From Candidatus Latescibacterota bacterium (GTDB lineage: Bacteria > Latescibacterota > UBA2968 > GCA-2709665), in the NCBI GenBank assembly GCA_965219995.1, contig CBDCOX010000002.1, positions 1,952,001 to 2,016,000 of the forward strand: DNA of 64,000 nt, written 5' to 3'. Of this stretch, positions 41,717-51,612 are shown one piece after another (position 1 is the stretch's first letter; every line of letters begins with the position of its first letter). A program made the translations under genes and the position numbers. Under the pieces are notes generated by a model, which made no database searches, had not been told where the DNA came from, and was given only the letters and a program-made list of their open reading frames with translations.

Positions 41717-43447
41717 ATGCCGGAAACGGTCCTGTCCGAACCCCGACATAAAGTACGAGTGGAACGAAGTATACCCATAAGGATGCGAGACGGCGTCGTC
41801 CTTCGAGCCGACGTCTACCGTCCGGAAACTGACGGGAGATACCCGGTCATCGTTGAACGGGTTGCGTACGAATTGGTTGGACGCTGCACCTCCAATGGCG
41901 AATTCTACGCGAGCCGGGGGTACGTCTTCGTTGGCCAGAACGTACGGGGGACCTTTGCCTCTGAGGGCGAATGGCGACCCTTCCGGGACGACGGCTGGGG
42001 CGCCAACCGCGACGGGTACGATACCATCGAATGGGCGGGAGTACAGCCCTGGTCCGACGGCCGCGTAGGCATGGCCGACGGCTCCTACTCCGGATTCTCT
42101 CAGTACATGGTCGCGCCTACCCGGCCGCAGCACCTGAAGGCGCTCTACGTGCGGCAGGGCGGTGCAGATTACTACAGCGGCTTCTGGTACCGTTACGGCG
42201 CCTATTCGCTACCCTTCCAGAAATGGGCGATGCAGACGCTGCTGGCGCAACTGAACCACGAAAGCGCGCCTCCGGGTCTGGAAGCCGCGACGGCGCGCCT
42301 CGCAGCTGCATTGAATGAATACGAAGACTGGGAGCGGCACCTTCCACTGAAGTCTTTCCCTCCCCTGGAAGGACTGATCGACTGGTACTTCGAATACCTG
42401 GACCACCCCGAAGACGGACCCTACTGGTGGCACACCAATATCACATCGAAATTCGGCGAAATCGACACACCCATGCTTCATTTCGGCGCCTGGTTCGACG
42501 TCTTCCTGGACGGTACGCTGCAGTCTTTTCAGGGAATCCGGAAACACGGTCGAACCCGGGCCTGCCGGGAAGGGCAGCGCCTGCTCATCGGACCCTGGAT
42601 TCACGGTCCGGGAAACGCCGCGAAACGCGTCGTCGGCGAACTCGACTTCGGCCCGGAGGCGGCGTTCGACATGAATGCGCACCGCCTGCAATGGTATGAT
42701 TACTGGCTGAAGGGAATAGACAACGGAACCATGGACGGCCCGCCCGTACGAATCTTCCTGATGGGAAAGAACGATTGGCTGGGCCTGGATGACTGGCCGC
42801 CGCCGGGCGTCACTTACCGGTCTGCATTCTTCCGGGAGGGTTCCGGGAAGAATGAGAACTCGCTCAACAACGGCGGCCTGACTTTCGACGCTCCCGATAC
42901 CGCAGAACATCCGGACAGCTTTTCGTACGATCCGAACGACCCCATGCCCGGGCTGCGATTCTATCCCACGCTGGGGCCGGTGGACCATCTGGCATTGGAA
43001 AGCGGCATGCTCACCTATACGTCTGCCGTGCTGAAGCGCGAGCTGACCGTCATTGGGCCCGTCAAGGCGATCGTACACGGCCTGTCGTCGGCCCCGGATA
43101 CGGATTGGGTGGTCAGACTTTGCGACGTCTGGCCGGATGGCCGGTCCATGCCCGTGTGCGACGGGATCCTGAGGGCGCGATTCCGCAATTCGCTGCAGCG
43201 CCCCGAACTCCTGACGCCGGGCAGGATCTACCGGTTCGAAATCGACATGTCCGCCACGGCGCAGGTGTTCCAGTCCGGGCACCGCCTGCGGGTGGAAATC
43301 ACAAGCAGCGATTTCCCCCGATACGATCGAAACCTGAACACGGGCGGTCCATTCGGCGAAGAAGCCACCGGACGGGTCGCCCTCAACACGGTCTTTCACG
43401 ACGCGGACCGACCGTCATGCGTCGTCCTGCCCGTTATGGAAGACTGA
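41717..43447 (+). CDS. CocE/NonD family serine hydrolase (S15)
   Basis: MRDGVVLRADVYRP, RG.F.SEG, DGYDTIEW, GSYSG, GAWFD, IGPWIH, DTD..VRL.DV.PDG, SSDFPRYDRNLN. Confidence 0.95.
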   Translation: MPETVLSEPRHKVRVERSIPIRMRDGVVLRADVYRPETDGRYPVIVERVAYELVGRCTSNGEFYASRGYVFVGQNVRGTFASEGEWRPFRDDGWGANRDGYDTIEWAGVQPWSDGRVGMADGSYSGFSQYMVAPTRPQHLKALYVRQGGADYYSGFWYRYGAYSLPFQKWAMQTLLAQLNHESAPPGLEAATARLAAALNEYEDWERHLPLKSFPPLEGLIDWYFEYLDHPEDGPYWWHTNITSKFGEIDTPMLHFGAWFDVFLDGTLQSFQGIRKHGRTRACREGQRLLIGPWIHGPGNAAKRVVGELDFGPEAAFDMNAHRLQWYDYWLKGIDNGTMDGPPVRIFLMGKNDWLGLDDWPPPGVTYRSAFFREGSGKNENSLNNGGLTFDAPDTAEHPDSFSYDPNDPMPGLRFYPTLGPVDHLALESGMLTYTSAVLKRELTVIGPVKAIVHGLSSAPDTDWVVRLCDVWPDGRSMPVCDGILRARFRNSLQRPELLTPGRIYRFEIDMSATAQVFQSGHRLRVEITSSDFPRYDRNLNTGGPFGEEATGRVALNTVFHDADRPSCVVLPVMED

Positions 43448-43611
43448 CAGGGCGTTTCCGGACCCGGGCCGGAAACCGCGGCAATCACCGGCCCGACATG
43501 CCGTCAGAAAATCGCCCTGCCCGGGTACGCTGCAATCCATCGAAACAGCCACCGGGCAGGGCCCGCACGTCCGACCGAAATTCAAGTGACCGCCTTAAAA
43601 CCCCTGGCGGC

Positions 43612-45075
43612 CTATTCTTCGGGAAATACATTACAACCTGCCGGCGCCCTCCAGAAGTCCGCGAGGTCGTGTTCCACTGCGCCAGCCCACCTGCGCAACA
43701 CACGCCTACCGCCGGCCCGACGTTGCAGCTCAGGCCCGATCGCACCCCCGTCCCAGCCCTCCCGGACCCTGGCCAGAAGCGCCTCCCTCACCTCCGCGCA
43801 ATCCGGATCGCCCGCACGATCGGCGAACTCTCCAGGGTCTTCGGCGAGATTGAACAGCTGCGGTTCATCGTACCCGTGATAGCTGTTCAGTTTCCACGGA
43901 CCCTGCCGGACCATCCGTCCGGGCGGCTCGTCGGCGCCGCTGTAATTTTCGGAAAAAACCTCGTTCGACCAACCGTGCGCCCGTCCACCGCCCTCGAGGA
44001 AACACCTCAGGCTCCTGCCCGCGACCTCCGGCAGCGGATCTCCGCCGGCCAGGTCGATCAGCGTGGGGCCGACGTCCAGCAGACTTGTCAAGGCATCCAC
44101 GCGCCGTCCTTCATTGAATCGCCCCGGAAACGATGCGATCATCGGCACGCCGGAAGACCCGTCGTAAAAGCTGCTCTTCCACCACATCCCGTGCTCACCG
44201 GCCATCTCCCCGTGGTCCGAAAGATAGATCACAGCCGTGTTGTCCGCGAACGACGTCGAGGCCAGCGTCTCGAGAAGCCGGCCGATCAGACCGTCCATAA
44301 ACGTGACCAGGCCATAGTAGGCCGCGCGGGCCCGGCGCACCGCGTCATCGCTCAATCCGTTTACGCCGCGCTTCTCGCGCCAAAGCTTTATCGCCGGATG
44401 GAGCCGGTCCAGATAGCCCTCCGGCACGGCCGGAACCTCCACGCGATGGTAGTACTCTTCGTAAAGGTCCCTGGGACAGATAAAAGGGCAATGCGGCAGC
44501 ACATAGCCCGTCACGAGACAAAATGGACGCTCGGCGCCGGCCCGGTCGCGTCTTGCGAGAAACTCACAGCACGCGTCCGTGACCGCCACGTCGTACGCCT
44601 GGTATGCCGTGCGCCCGGGTCCGGAAATTTCCACCGAGTTGCGGGATTGGCCCGTTGTCCCCGTGGGGATATGCCCCAGATCGGGACCCGGGCCGCCCGG
44701 AAATGGACCGGAGACATCCCCTATAATACGCTTTTCGAAACCGTGTCGCTGGTCAGGCCCAACGAAATGCATCCTGCCGCCCAGCACCGTTTCGTATCCC
44801 GCCATCCCCAGACCGTGCGCGAAGGTAGGGACGTCGGACCGAAGAAAACAGGCATTGGACCACACTTCGATGTCTGAGGAATGACGGCCCGTGAGGAAGG
44901 TCATGCGGGAAGGCACGCAGAGCGGTGACGCGCAATAGGTGTTTTCGAACAACACGCCGCGTTCCGCCAGGGCGTCCAGGTGCGGGGTACGGACGATTGG
45001 ATCCCCGGCACAACCCATATACCGGCGGTTGTGCTGGTCTGACATAATGACCAGAAAATTGGGTTGGTCCGGCAA
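43612..45075 (-). CDS. Cys-type sulfatase (choline-sulfatase-like)
   Basis: PNFLVIMSDQH, CVPSR, GRMHF.GPDQ.HGF, PHCP, SDHGEM.GEHGMWWK. Confidence 0.92.
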   Translation of the reverse strand: MPDQPNFLVIMSDQHNRRYMGCAGDPIVRTPHLDALAERGVLFENTYCASPLCVPSRMTFLTGRHSSDIEVWSNACFLRSDVPTFAHGLGMAGYETVLGGRMHFVGPDQRHGFEKRIIGDVSGPFPGGPGPDLGHIPTGTTGQSRNSVEISGPGRTAYQAYDVAVTDACCEFLARRDRAGAERPFCLVTGYVLPHCPFICPRDLYEEYYHRVEVPAVPEGYLDRLHPAIKLWREKRGVNGLSDDAVRRARAAYYGLVTFMDGLIGRLLETLASTSFADNTAVIYLSDHGEMAGEHGMWWKSSFYDGSSGVPMIASFPGRFNEGRRVDALTSLLDVGPTLIDLAGGDPLPEVAGRSLRCFLEGGGRAHGWSNEVFSENYSGADEPPGRMVRQGPWKLNSYHGYDEPQLFNLAEDPGEFADRAGDPDCAEVREALLARVREGWDGGAIGPELQRRAGGRRVLRRWAGAVEHDLADFWRAPAGCNVFPEE

Positions 45076-45137
45076 GACAGGCCCCCCTCGTCTTCAGGCC
45101 AATTGACCTCGCTTCGTATTCTTCGACATACGGTGCG

Positions 45138-46379
45138 TCAGGGAGTTCCCGAACCTGGAAGCATTACGATCCGGACACGATGATTGTACGTATCGGCAAT
45201 GTAAAGGAGTCCGTTTGCCTCATCGAACCCGACGCCTGCCGGCCGGTTCAGTGCGGCCGACGTGGCGGGGCCTCCATCACCGCTGAATCCCGGCTGTCCG
45301 GTTCCGGCCACCGTTGCAATCGTCCCTGACGCCAGATCGATTGCCCTGATGCGATGGTTCATCTCATCGGCGACGTAAAGCCGCCCATCCGGCCCGAACT
45401 GAATATCGCGCGGGTTGTTCAGGTTCGCCTCCACGGCCGGACCTCCGTCGCCGCTGAACCCCGCGGCGCCCGTGCCCGCCACGGTATCGATCCGGTCCCT
45501 CTCAAAGTCCACTCGTCGAATCCGCTGATTGAGCGTATCGGAGATATAGAGCTTTCCATCCGGACCCAGGGCCAATCCGCCCGCCGGCGGAGGATTGTTG
45601 CCCGCCGGGAGGTTCAATTGCGCCATCAGGGGAGGACCGCCGTCGCCTCCGGATCCGGCCGTGCCCGTGCCTACCACTGTCCTGATGACGCTGTTTGTAT
45701 CGATCTTTCGCACCCGCAGATTTCGCTGATCCAGGACATAGAGCGTATTTCCCGGTGCGAGCACCGTCTGCGAAGGATAGTTCAACAGCGCGTCCTCCGC
45801 GGGACCGCCGTCTCCAGAAAAGCCCGGTGCGTCTCCCAGGAATACCCGCACCCTGCCACTGCCAGGATCGAAGAGCCGCAGCTTGTGGTTCCGCCAGGCC
45901 GTCAGCAGAAAGGCCCCGCCTGAGAGCTGAGACAGGTGCGTCGGATGGCTCAGATTGACGGATCTCCCGGGCGCGCCCGGCGGGATCCGCTCGGACTGCG
46001 CGTAGGAACCGTCGCCCATAAAGCCGCTGCCGATCGCTGTCTCCAGCGTGCTGTCGCCGATCGCGGCCCGCCGCACGCGATGATTGTTCCAGTCCAGAAC
46101 ATAAACCCGGCCTTCTGGCGTGACCATCACATCCACAGGCCAGTAGAACGTGGACAGCAAATACACGTTGCCGTCTCCGTCCCAGCCCGCATCGCCGGTT
46201 CCCGCCCAGGTGCAGATCGTTCCGGGCGTGTCCGAACACAGCGACGGCGGCGCAATGGGTTCTTCGTCGTCATCGGATTCGATCGGATTGTCGTCTCCAC
46301 AGGCCGCCAGAAAACAGGCCAGCATCCCGACACAGAACCAGAACATGCCCCGCCGTAGTCTATCCGCAATGAGATGCAT
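45138..46379 (-). CDS. NHL-repeat lipoprotein
   Basis: LAAC lipobox; repeated TVAGTG.AGFSGDGGPA..A.LN.P..(G)..LY(I/V)AD..NHR(I/V)R units. Confidence 0.92.
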   Translation of the reverse strand: MHLIADRLRRGMFWFCVGMLACFLAACGDDNPIESDDDEEPIAPPSLCSDTPGTICTWAGTGDAGWDGDGNVYLLSTFYWPVDVMVTPEGRVYVLDWNNHRVRRAAIGDSTLETAIGSGFMGDGSYAQSERIPPGAPGRSVNLSHPTHLSQLSGGAFLLTAWRNHKLRLFDPGSGRVRVFLGDAPGFSGDGGPAEDALLNYPSQTVLAPGNTLYVLDQRNLRVRKIDTNSVIRTVVGTGTAGSGGDGGPPLMAQLNLPAGNNPPPAGGLALGPDGKLYISDTLNQRIRRVDFERDRIDTVAGTGAAGFSGDGGPAVEANLNNPRDIQFGPDGRLYVADEMNHRIRAIDLASGTIATVAGTGQPGFSGDGGPATSAALNRPAGVGFDEANGLLYIADTYNHRVRIVMLPGSGTP

Positions 46380-46467
46380 CTTTACTTCCCTTCACATCTT
46401 CTCCCTATTGACAGGCCCGGCCGGTTGCCTCCTCTCGTCAAACACATCCTTGCAGGCTGGAGGACCT

Positions 46468-47607
46468 TCAGAAATCGCTCGCACACCGGAATCCGATCTG
46501 TTCATCCGTAGCAAATGGCGCATCGAACCACCGCGTGGTCGTGTCGGCCAGATCCCGAAACTTCCATGAACCGCCCCGCATCACGCGGTTGAGTCCGATT
46601 TCCGGCCCTTTTGGATTTTCCTTTGGCGTATCATGATAATAATCGGGGTTGAACCAGTCCTCACACCACTCCCATGCGTTGCCGGACATATCGTGCACCC
46701 CGTACGGGCTTACGCCAATTGGGTGGCTGCCCACGTCTACCGTACGGCCAACAAGATCGGCGATATTCGCGTGTTCAGGGGTAGGCGTCGCCGTTCCCCA
46801 TGGGTAGGGTCGCTTATCGGTGCCACGAGCCGCCTTTTCCCACTCCGCTTCGGTCGGGAGGCGCATTCCCGCCCATTCGCAGTAGGCTTTGGCGCCAAAC
46901 CAGGTCACGTTCGTCACGGCCCGGTTGGCGAGATAAAACGCCTTCAGCACGTACTCATCCTTTATGGTGCGCCCCAGTTCCTCGCTTTCCTCATCATCGT
47001 CCCCTTGCCGTCCCGCCAATACGTCAATCGAAATCCGGATATCTGCCCTTCTCGAATCCAGATTGTAGAGCACGTTATCTTCCGAGTCCAGGTTCCGGTT
47101 CGCCGCATTCTGGTATGCGATGTCCTCGTCCGTCTGCCATGGCGCCGTTCGGCCTACGGTTTTGGTGTTCCGGTTTCTGTCGTTCAGGAAAGCGATAAAC
47201 TGGACGTTGTTCACTTCAAACTTATCTATCTTGAAGGCGTCCAGGTACACGACGTGTTCGGGGCCATCGGGCGGCAGCCCGCCCCGATCGGTCCCCATGA
47301 TGAATTCTCCAGCCGGTACCTCGAGCAGTTCATGTTTAAGGATCGGCACGACCTGTCCATCGACCACCTGCCGACCGAAGAAAGTTGCGAAAATTACGAA
47401 GTCGGGCAAGTCCACCGCGCGGCTGCCGTCCAGGTCGTATATCGGATCGTCCGACTGAAAGGCACGCGCAAACAGGACGAAGTCGGTCAGATCGATGGTT
47501 CCGTTGCCGTCGAAGTCCACGTCTTCTATGGTCACCCTTTCCGCCCACGCACGTGCCGGACACAGTGCGAGCAAGAAAGCCAGACAAACAGAATAAAACA
47601 CACGCGA
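46468..47607 (-). CDS. Secreted FGE-sulfatase (SUMF1-like) domain protein with an N-terminal dockerin/EF-hand pair
   Basis: Signal ..AWA; DFDGNGTIDLTDF / DLDGSRAVDLPDF; VPAGEF.MG, RLPTEAEWEKAARG, DMSGNAWEW, RGGSW, GFRCA; no FGE catalytic Cys pair. Confidence 0.88.
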   Translation of the reverse strand, partial: SRVFYSVCLAFLLALCPARAWAERVTIEDVDFDGNGTIDLTDFVLFARAFQSDDPIYDLDGSRAVDLPDFVIFATFFGRQVVDGQVVPILKHELLEVPAGEFIMGTDRGGLPPDGPEHVVYLDAFKIDKFEVNNVQFIAFLNDRNRNTKTVGRTAPWQTDEDIAYQNAANRNLDSEDNVLYNLDSRRADIRISIDVLAGRQGDDDEESEELGRTIKDEYVLKAFYLANRAVTNVTWFGAKAYCEWAGMRLPTEAEWEKAARGTDKRPYPWGTATPTPEHANIADLVGRTVDVGSHPIGVSPYGVHDMSGNAWEWCEDWFNPDYYHDTPKENPKGPEIGLNRVMRGGSWKFRDLADTTTRWFDAPFATDEQIGFRCASDF

Positions 47608-47782
47608 CATGTGCGAAATCTCCTTCACCGGCGTTTCTTATCAGACGACAGACATCATCTCCGGCGTTTCCCGTCGCGCGCCAACTTATTGTACGCACTT
47701 ACGTTACGTCGTTAGTCGAGTGGTCTGGGAGAACTGACGAAGGATACCTGCCGGCGCCGTCCATGAGCGTTTGCGAAACGTC

Positions 47783-50700
47783 TCACTTCTGCACCACGAA
47801 CGTGGTCTCCTTTGAAAAGGACTTGCCGCTGTTTAAATCCGTAACCTCCACCGTCAGGTAGTATTTCCCGGACCGCGCTTCCCCCAATTCCAGTTCCGTA
47901 TACGCCACTTCCGAGTCCAGGAAGCCGAGTTGCTCATAACCCACCGCCACTTCCCTTTTGTTCGACCGCCCCCTGAGCGTTTGCGCCAGCGTGGACAATA
48001 CGCCGCCCGCCTTCGGTCCCATCGTGTACTCCACACGGTACTGGGTCTGTCCGAATTCATCCTTTTTCAGGTTGTATATTTCGTAATACACGAATACGTT
48101 CTGGCCCATTCCATAGGTTCGAGACGGCATCGGTACCACGTTCAACCCATGTTTTCCGAATTTGCCGGCATCCGTATCGGCCTCGCTGACTCTGTATGCC
48201 AATTCCAGGTCGCTGACGCGGAGACCCTCCCGATGGTAAGACTCCACGTCGACCTGCTGCCGGTATATTCCCAGCCGACCCGTCATCCGGTCCCGAGCCT
48301 TAACCTCCAGCCGGTAAGTGCCCGGCGGCACTTCCAGCCTGACCACGTCCGGGAGGACCACGTCGGGACCCGTTCGATTGCCCGGCTGCTTGTAAAACAC
48401 CTCCGCCGTCTTCCGGTAGACCTTGCCGGAAAGGGACGAGAGCAACGCCAACTGCCGCCGGACCGCCACCTGTGTGACGTTATGTTCGGGAAGGTAATTC
48501 GGTACCGTGCACGGTATGCCGTAATAGATCTCCAGCACGCTCTTGCCGTCTCGCCCTTTGAAGTCTGCCAGCGCATAATAGAAGTCGAACGGCGCTTCCG
48601 CGTATTCCGGCGTGAAGGTGTCCGGGGTCAGCGCAACCGCCTGCTTGTACACCTGCTCCGGCGAAAAACGCCGGAACCTTGAAACCTGATCGACATTCAA
48701 ATCGGGCGCACTCGGAACCGGCGCGAAATCAAAGACCTGCGAGTTGAACTCGTCCGTGAACGTTATCTCTACACCCCCGTCGATATCGAGATAGACCCAC
48801 GACTCCCAGGGCGTGGACCCAAGGTCGGCGCCGGCGCTGAGTACCGGACTGAAGCCCGACCCCGCAAAGATGTCCGTGTTGATGTTGGACGGGACCGGTC
48901 GCATAACTGTGCTCGCGAGTTCACTCTGTCCGATGTCTCCTCCCGCGCCGATCGTACCGGCGGTGCTGCGGCGCTCCGTGTTATTCCGGTCGGTGGACGA
49001 GCCCCCATCCCGGCTTCCTTCCGACGTTGTCATCTGCCTCAGATTCGAGTCCGCGCCATCCGGGTCCCCGCCCGTGAACGCGTCCCGCTCGCCTTCGATA
49101 CCGAGATCGGCCGCCGCGCTTTCGAAACCGAGAATATCGCGCTCCAGAGAGAAATTGCGGATGGGGAACACGGGACCCATAAACGACGCGCCGATGGACT
49201 CGGTACCGTAGAGTTGCCTGGCCAGCCGCTCCTTCACGCGCAGCACGGGCAGGTTCTGCCGGAAATTCACCTTCCGCGAGCTCGTCACGTGATCCGGCTC
49301 GCCGAACCGGATGTACACCTCGCCGCGCCGGTCCCACGGTTCCTTGCCCTTGGAAAACTCCAATAGCGCGTACCAGACTCTGCGGTAGTGTTCCAGAAGC
49401 CTTTCGTTTACAGGTGTGCCAATGTCGGGGTCGCGAACGCTCCAGAAACTCTCCAGATACGCCTCACGGGCAGCGCCGGAGGTCTGTTCGAATTCCGCCA
49501 TTTCCTCAGGGTAAGCAATCAGACCGATATCGTAATAGTGGGCCCGCTGCTCCGGTTCCAACCGCGAAATGTACGTAGAGAAAAACCCCATCGCCATATC
49601 GTACTTGCTGCGTTTCGCGCATGCCTGAGCCAGGATCGGCATCAGTTCGATTGCGTCGGGGTATTCGTGTGTAAACGCCCTTACCTTTTCCAGAATCCGG
49701 TCGTAGTCCTTCACTTTCAGGTACGCGTGGCCCAGCCGTCTGCCCACTTTCCGGTCCGTCGGCCGCATGGCCAGATACCGGGTGTACCAGACGATGGCTT
49801 CCTCGTAATCCTCCATGAAATTGGCGTACCAATCTCCCATCAGCAGATAGGCGTCGGCGTACTCCGGATCCGTCTTCAGCACGCGGTCCAACTCCGGCTT
49901 CACGTCGTGCTCATTGAGCATATATCGCACAAGCGCGATCTTGTATTGGGCATCCACGAAGTCCCGATCGCGCATCAAAGCCTTTCTGAAATAGCTGATC
50001 GCCTGGTAGCGTTCGTTGTGGAGTTCCATCAACACGAGGCCCAGACCATAATAGGGCTCCGGGTCGTTGCTTGTGTGGGCGGCCGCCCTCCTGAACGCCC
50101 ACTTGGCGCCCCGGTAGTATTTGTCCTCGAGGAATGCGTAACCCAGCTTCAGATGCGAGTCTTTATCCCGTGGGCGCTGGTGGGCAACCACGCGGAGCGG
50201 AAAGATCGCCGCTTCCACGTCATGCCTGTCGAGCCGCGCCACGCCCAGGTCGAAAAGCGAATCGACCCTGGCGCGCGGCAAGTCACGCGACTCCACCGCG
50301 TATCCGCCGGGACCTCCCAGGAGGTACTGCACCCGACCCCGGTGCCAGTAACAGGTCAGTACGGGACCGCCGGCGCGAACATTCGGCCGGAAGAAATACC
50401 CGACTTCAGGCATATGCGGTTCGTCCGTTGCCGGACATTGGAAAAGACGCCTGAGTTGCGCCAGGTCCCGCGCTCTCGCGGATGCGTCCGACTGCCGCTT
50501 TTCCAATTCAGCGGACGCCCATGACAGGAGCCCGCTCAACCCTGCCGCTGATTCATCGCTGCGCGCGGCGTTGAACTCCGAAATCAGATCGCCCACCACC
50601 AGCAGGCGTTCCGAGCAAACCGCTTCCTTCAATGCGTCGTCGTTACTGATCCGGCTTCGAATTCCATCGATGTAACCCTGGCAGCTTCCACGCGACAGCC

Positions 50701-51532
50701 CCAGCGGCGCATACGCCTTTCGAAGTTCCCTGAAACCCCTCACGGCCTCCCGGTAGGCATCCCTGGCGCCGCGGTACTCGCCCCGATGCATCGCGTGGTG
50801 ACCCCGCACCCACCAGTTCAATGCCTGGTGAACCATCAGCATGGCCGCGTCAATTTCCGATTCCAGCGCCGGTTCCGGAGGTCTGCCGTCACCTGAATGA
50901 TCCGAACCGGCCCATGCCTCCACGCTGCCTCCGTCCATTCCGACAAAGGAAACCTCGCCGTCGACCACAGCGGTCACGGCGTCCGCGCCTGCAGACCACG
51001 CCAACGGGCCTCGCACGCGTCCGGCCGCGAGCAGCCTGCCACGTCCGAATGCATCGACGGTCCACAATCCGCGGCGGTCCGTTACGGCCAGCCGGCTTCC
51101 GTCGGGCGCCACGGCCATTTCGACGGGTTCCATTCCCTCAGGCAATCGCCAGAGAGACTCTCCGGATGCATCTATCCGCCAGATGCGGTTACGGATGAGG
51201 GCAAGCCGCCGCTGTTTGCGCGTGTCGGACGTCAGCCTTCCCAGGGGTGTCGTGCCGAACGCGACGTGGTCCAGCCCCCGTTCCAGATAAACCAGCCCAC
51301 CGCCGGGCAAAAAGCCCACGTCTCCAGGCGGGCCCAGGAAGACTCCCGCCCTTGCGGGCGGCGTCCCGTCGATTCGCCCCTCCCAGATCTGGGTGAACAG
51401 GACCATCGGTTTCCCGGACGGCACCAGCCACACCACTCGCTCGCCGTCGGGAGAATAAACCGCGGACGGGACGGAATCAGCCCGGGTCGCAAGCGCCAGC
51501 AGGGCGACTGCGACAGTGAGAAATCTCAACAA
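47783..51532 (-). CDS. Large secreted beta-propeller + TPR + GWxTD-like domain protein
   Basis: Signal peptide; SPDG/APDG propeller repeats; multiple TPRs; FW..RDP...T.VNE...EHYRR; PWDRRGEVYIRFGEP; C-terminal LRVSDLELA..VVP.PSR.Y..VYYEIYNL. Confidence 0.8.
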   Translation of the reverse strand: MLRFLTVAVALLALATRADSVPSAVYSPDGERVVWLVPSGKPMVLFTQIWEGRIDGTPPARAGVFLGPPGDVGFLPGGGLVYLERGLDHVAFGTTPLGRLTSDTRKQRRLALIRNRIWRIDASGESLWRLPEGMEPVEMAVAPDGSRLAVTDRRGLWTVDAFGRGRLLAAGRVRGPLAWSAGADAVTAVVDGEVSFVGMDGGSVEAWAGSDHSGDGRPPEPALESEIDAAMLMVHQALNWWVRGHHAMHRGEYRGARDAYREAVRGFRELRKAYAPLGLSRGSCQGYIDGIRSRISNDDALKEAVCSERLLVVGDLISEFNAARSDESAAGLSGLLSWASAELEKRQSDASARARDLAQLRRLFQCPATDEPHMPEVGYFFRPNVRAGGPVLTCYWHRGRVQYLLGGPGGYAVESRDLPRARVDSLFDLGVARLDRHDVEAAIFPLRVVAHQRPRDKDSHLKLGYAFLEDKYYRGAKWAFRRAAAHTSNDPEPYYGLGLVLMELHNERYQAISYFRKALMRDRDFVDAQYKIALVRYMLNEHDVKPELDRVLKTDPEYADAYLLMGDWYANFMEDYEEAIVWYTRYLAMRPTDRKVGRRLGHAYLKVKDYDRILEKVRAFTHEYPDAIELMPILAQACAKRSKYDMAMGFFSTYISRLEPEQRAHYYDIGLIAYPEEMAEFEQTSGAAREAYLESFWSVRDPDIGTPVNERLLEHYRRVWYALLEFSKGKEPWDRRGEVYIRFGEPDHVTSSRKVNFRQNLPVLRVKERLARQLYGTESIGASFMGPVFPIRNFSLERDILGFESAAADLGIEGERDAFTGGDPDGADSNLRQMTTSEGSRDGGSSTDRNNTERRSTAGTIGAGGDIGQSELASTVMRPVPSNINTDIFAGSGFSPVLSAGADLGSTPWESWVYLDIDGGVEITFTDEFNSQVFDFAPVPSAPDLNVDQVSRFRRFSPEQVYKQAVALTPDTFTPEYAEAPFDFYYALADFKGRDGKSVLEIYYGIPCTVPNYLPEHNVTQVAVRRQLALLSSLSGKVYRKTAEVFYKQPGNRTGPDVVLPDVVRLEVPPGTYRLEVKARDRMTGRLGIYRQQVDVESYHREGLRVSDLELAYRVSEADTDAGKFGKHGLNVVPMPSRTYGMGQNVFVYYEIYNLKKDEFGQTQYRVEYTMGPKAGGVLSTLAQTLRGRSNKREVAVGYEQLGFLDSEVAYTELELGEARSGKYYLTVEVTDLNSGKSFSKETTFVVQK

Positions 51533-51612
51533 GCGCTCCTCCAGACCTCACAAATGGCCGCGAAGGATAGGCAACGAGCAATGCCTATAAGATAAGGAAG
51601 TTATCCCCCGTT

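Noticed and set aside
43612-45075. Gene symbol betC
   Set aside because: Choline-sulfatase-like motifs are present, but there is no bet gene context and substrate cannot be determined from sequence.
46468-47628. True formylglycine-generating enzyme, or a DGR target
   Set aside because: Catalytic cysteines are absent; no reverse transcriptase or template repeat was seen in the window.
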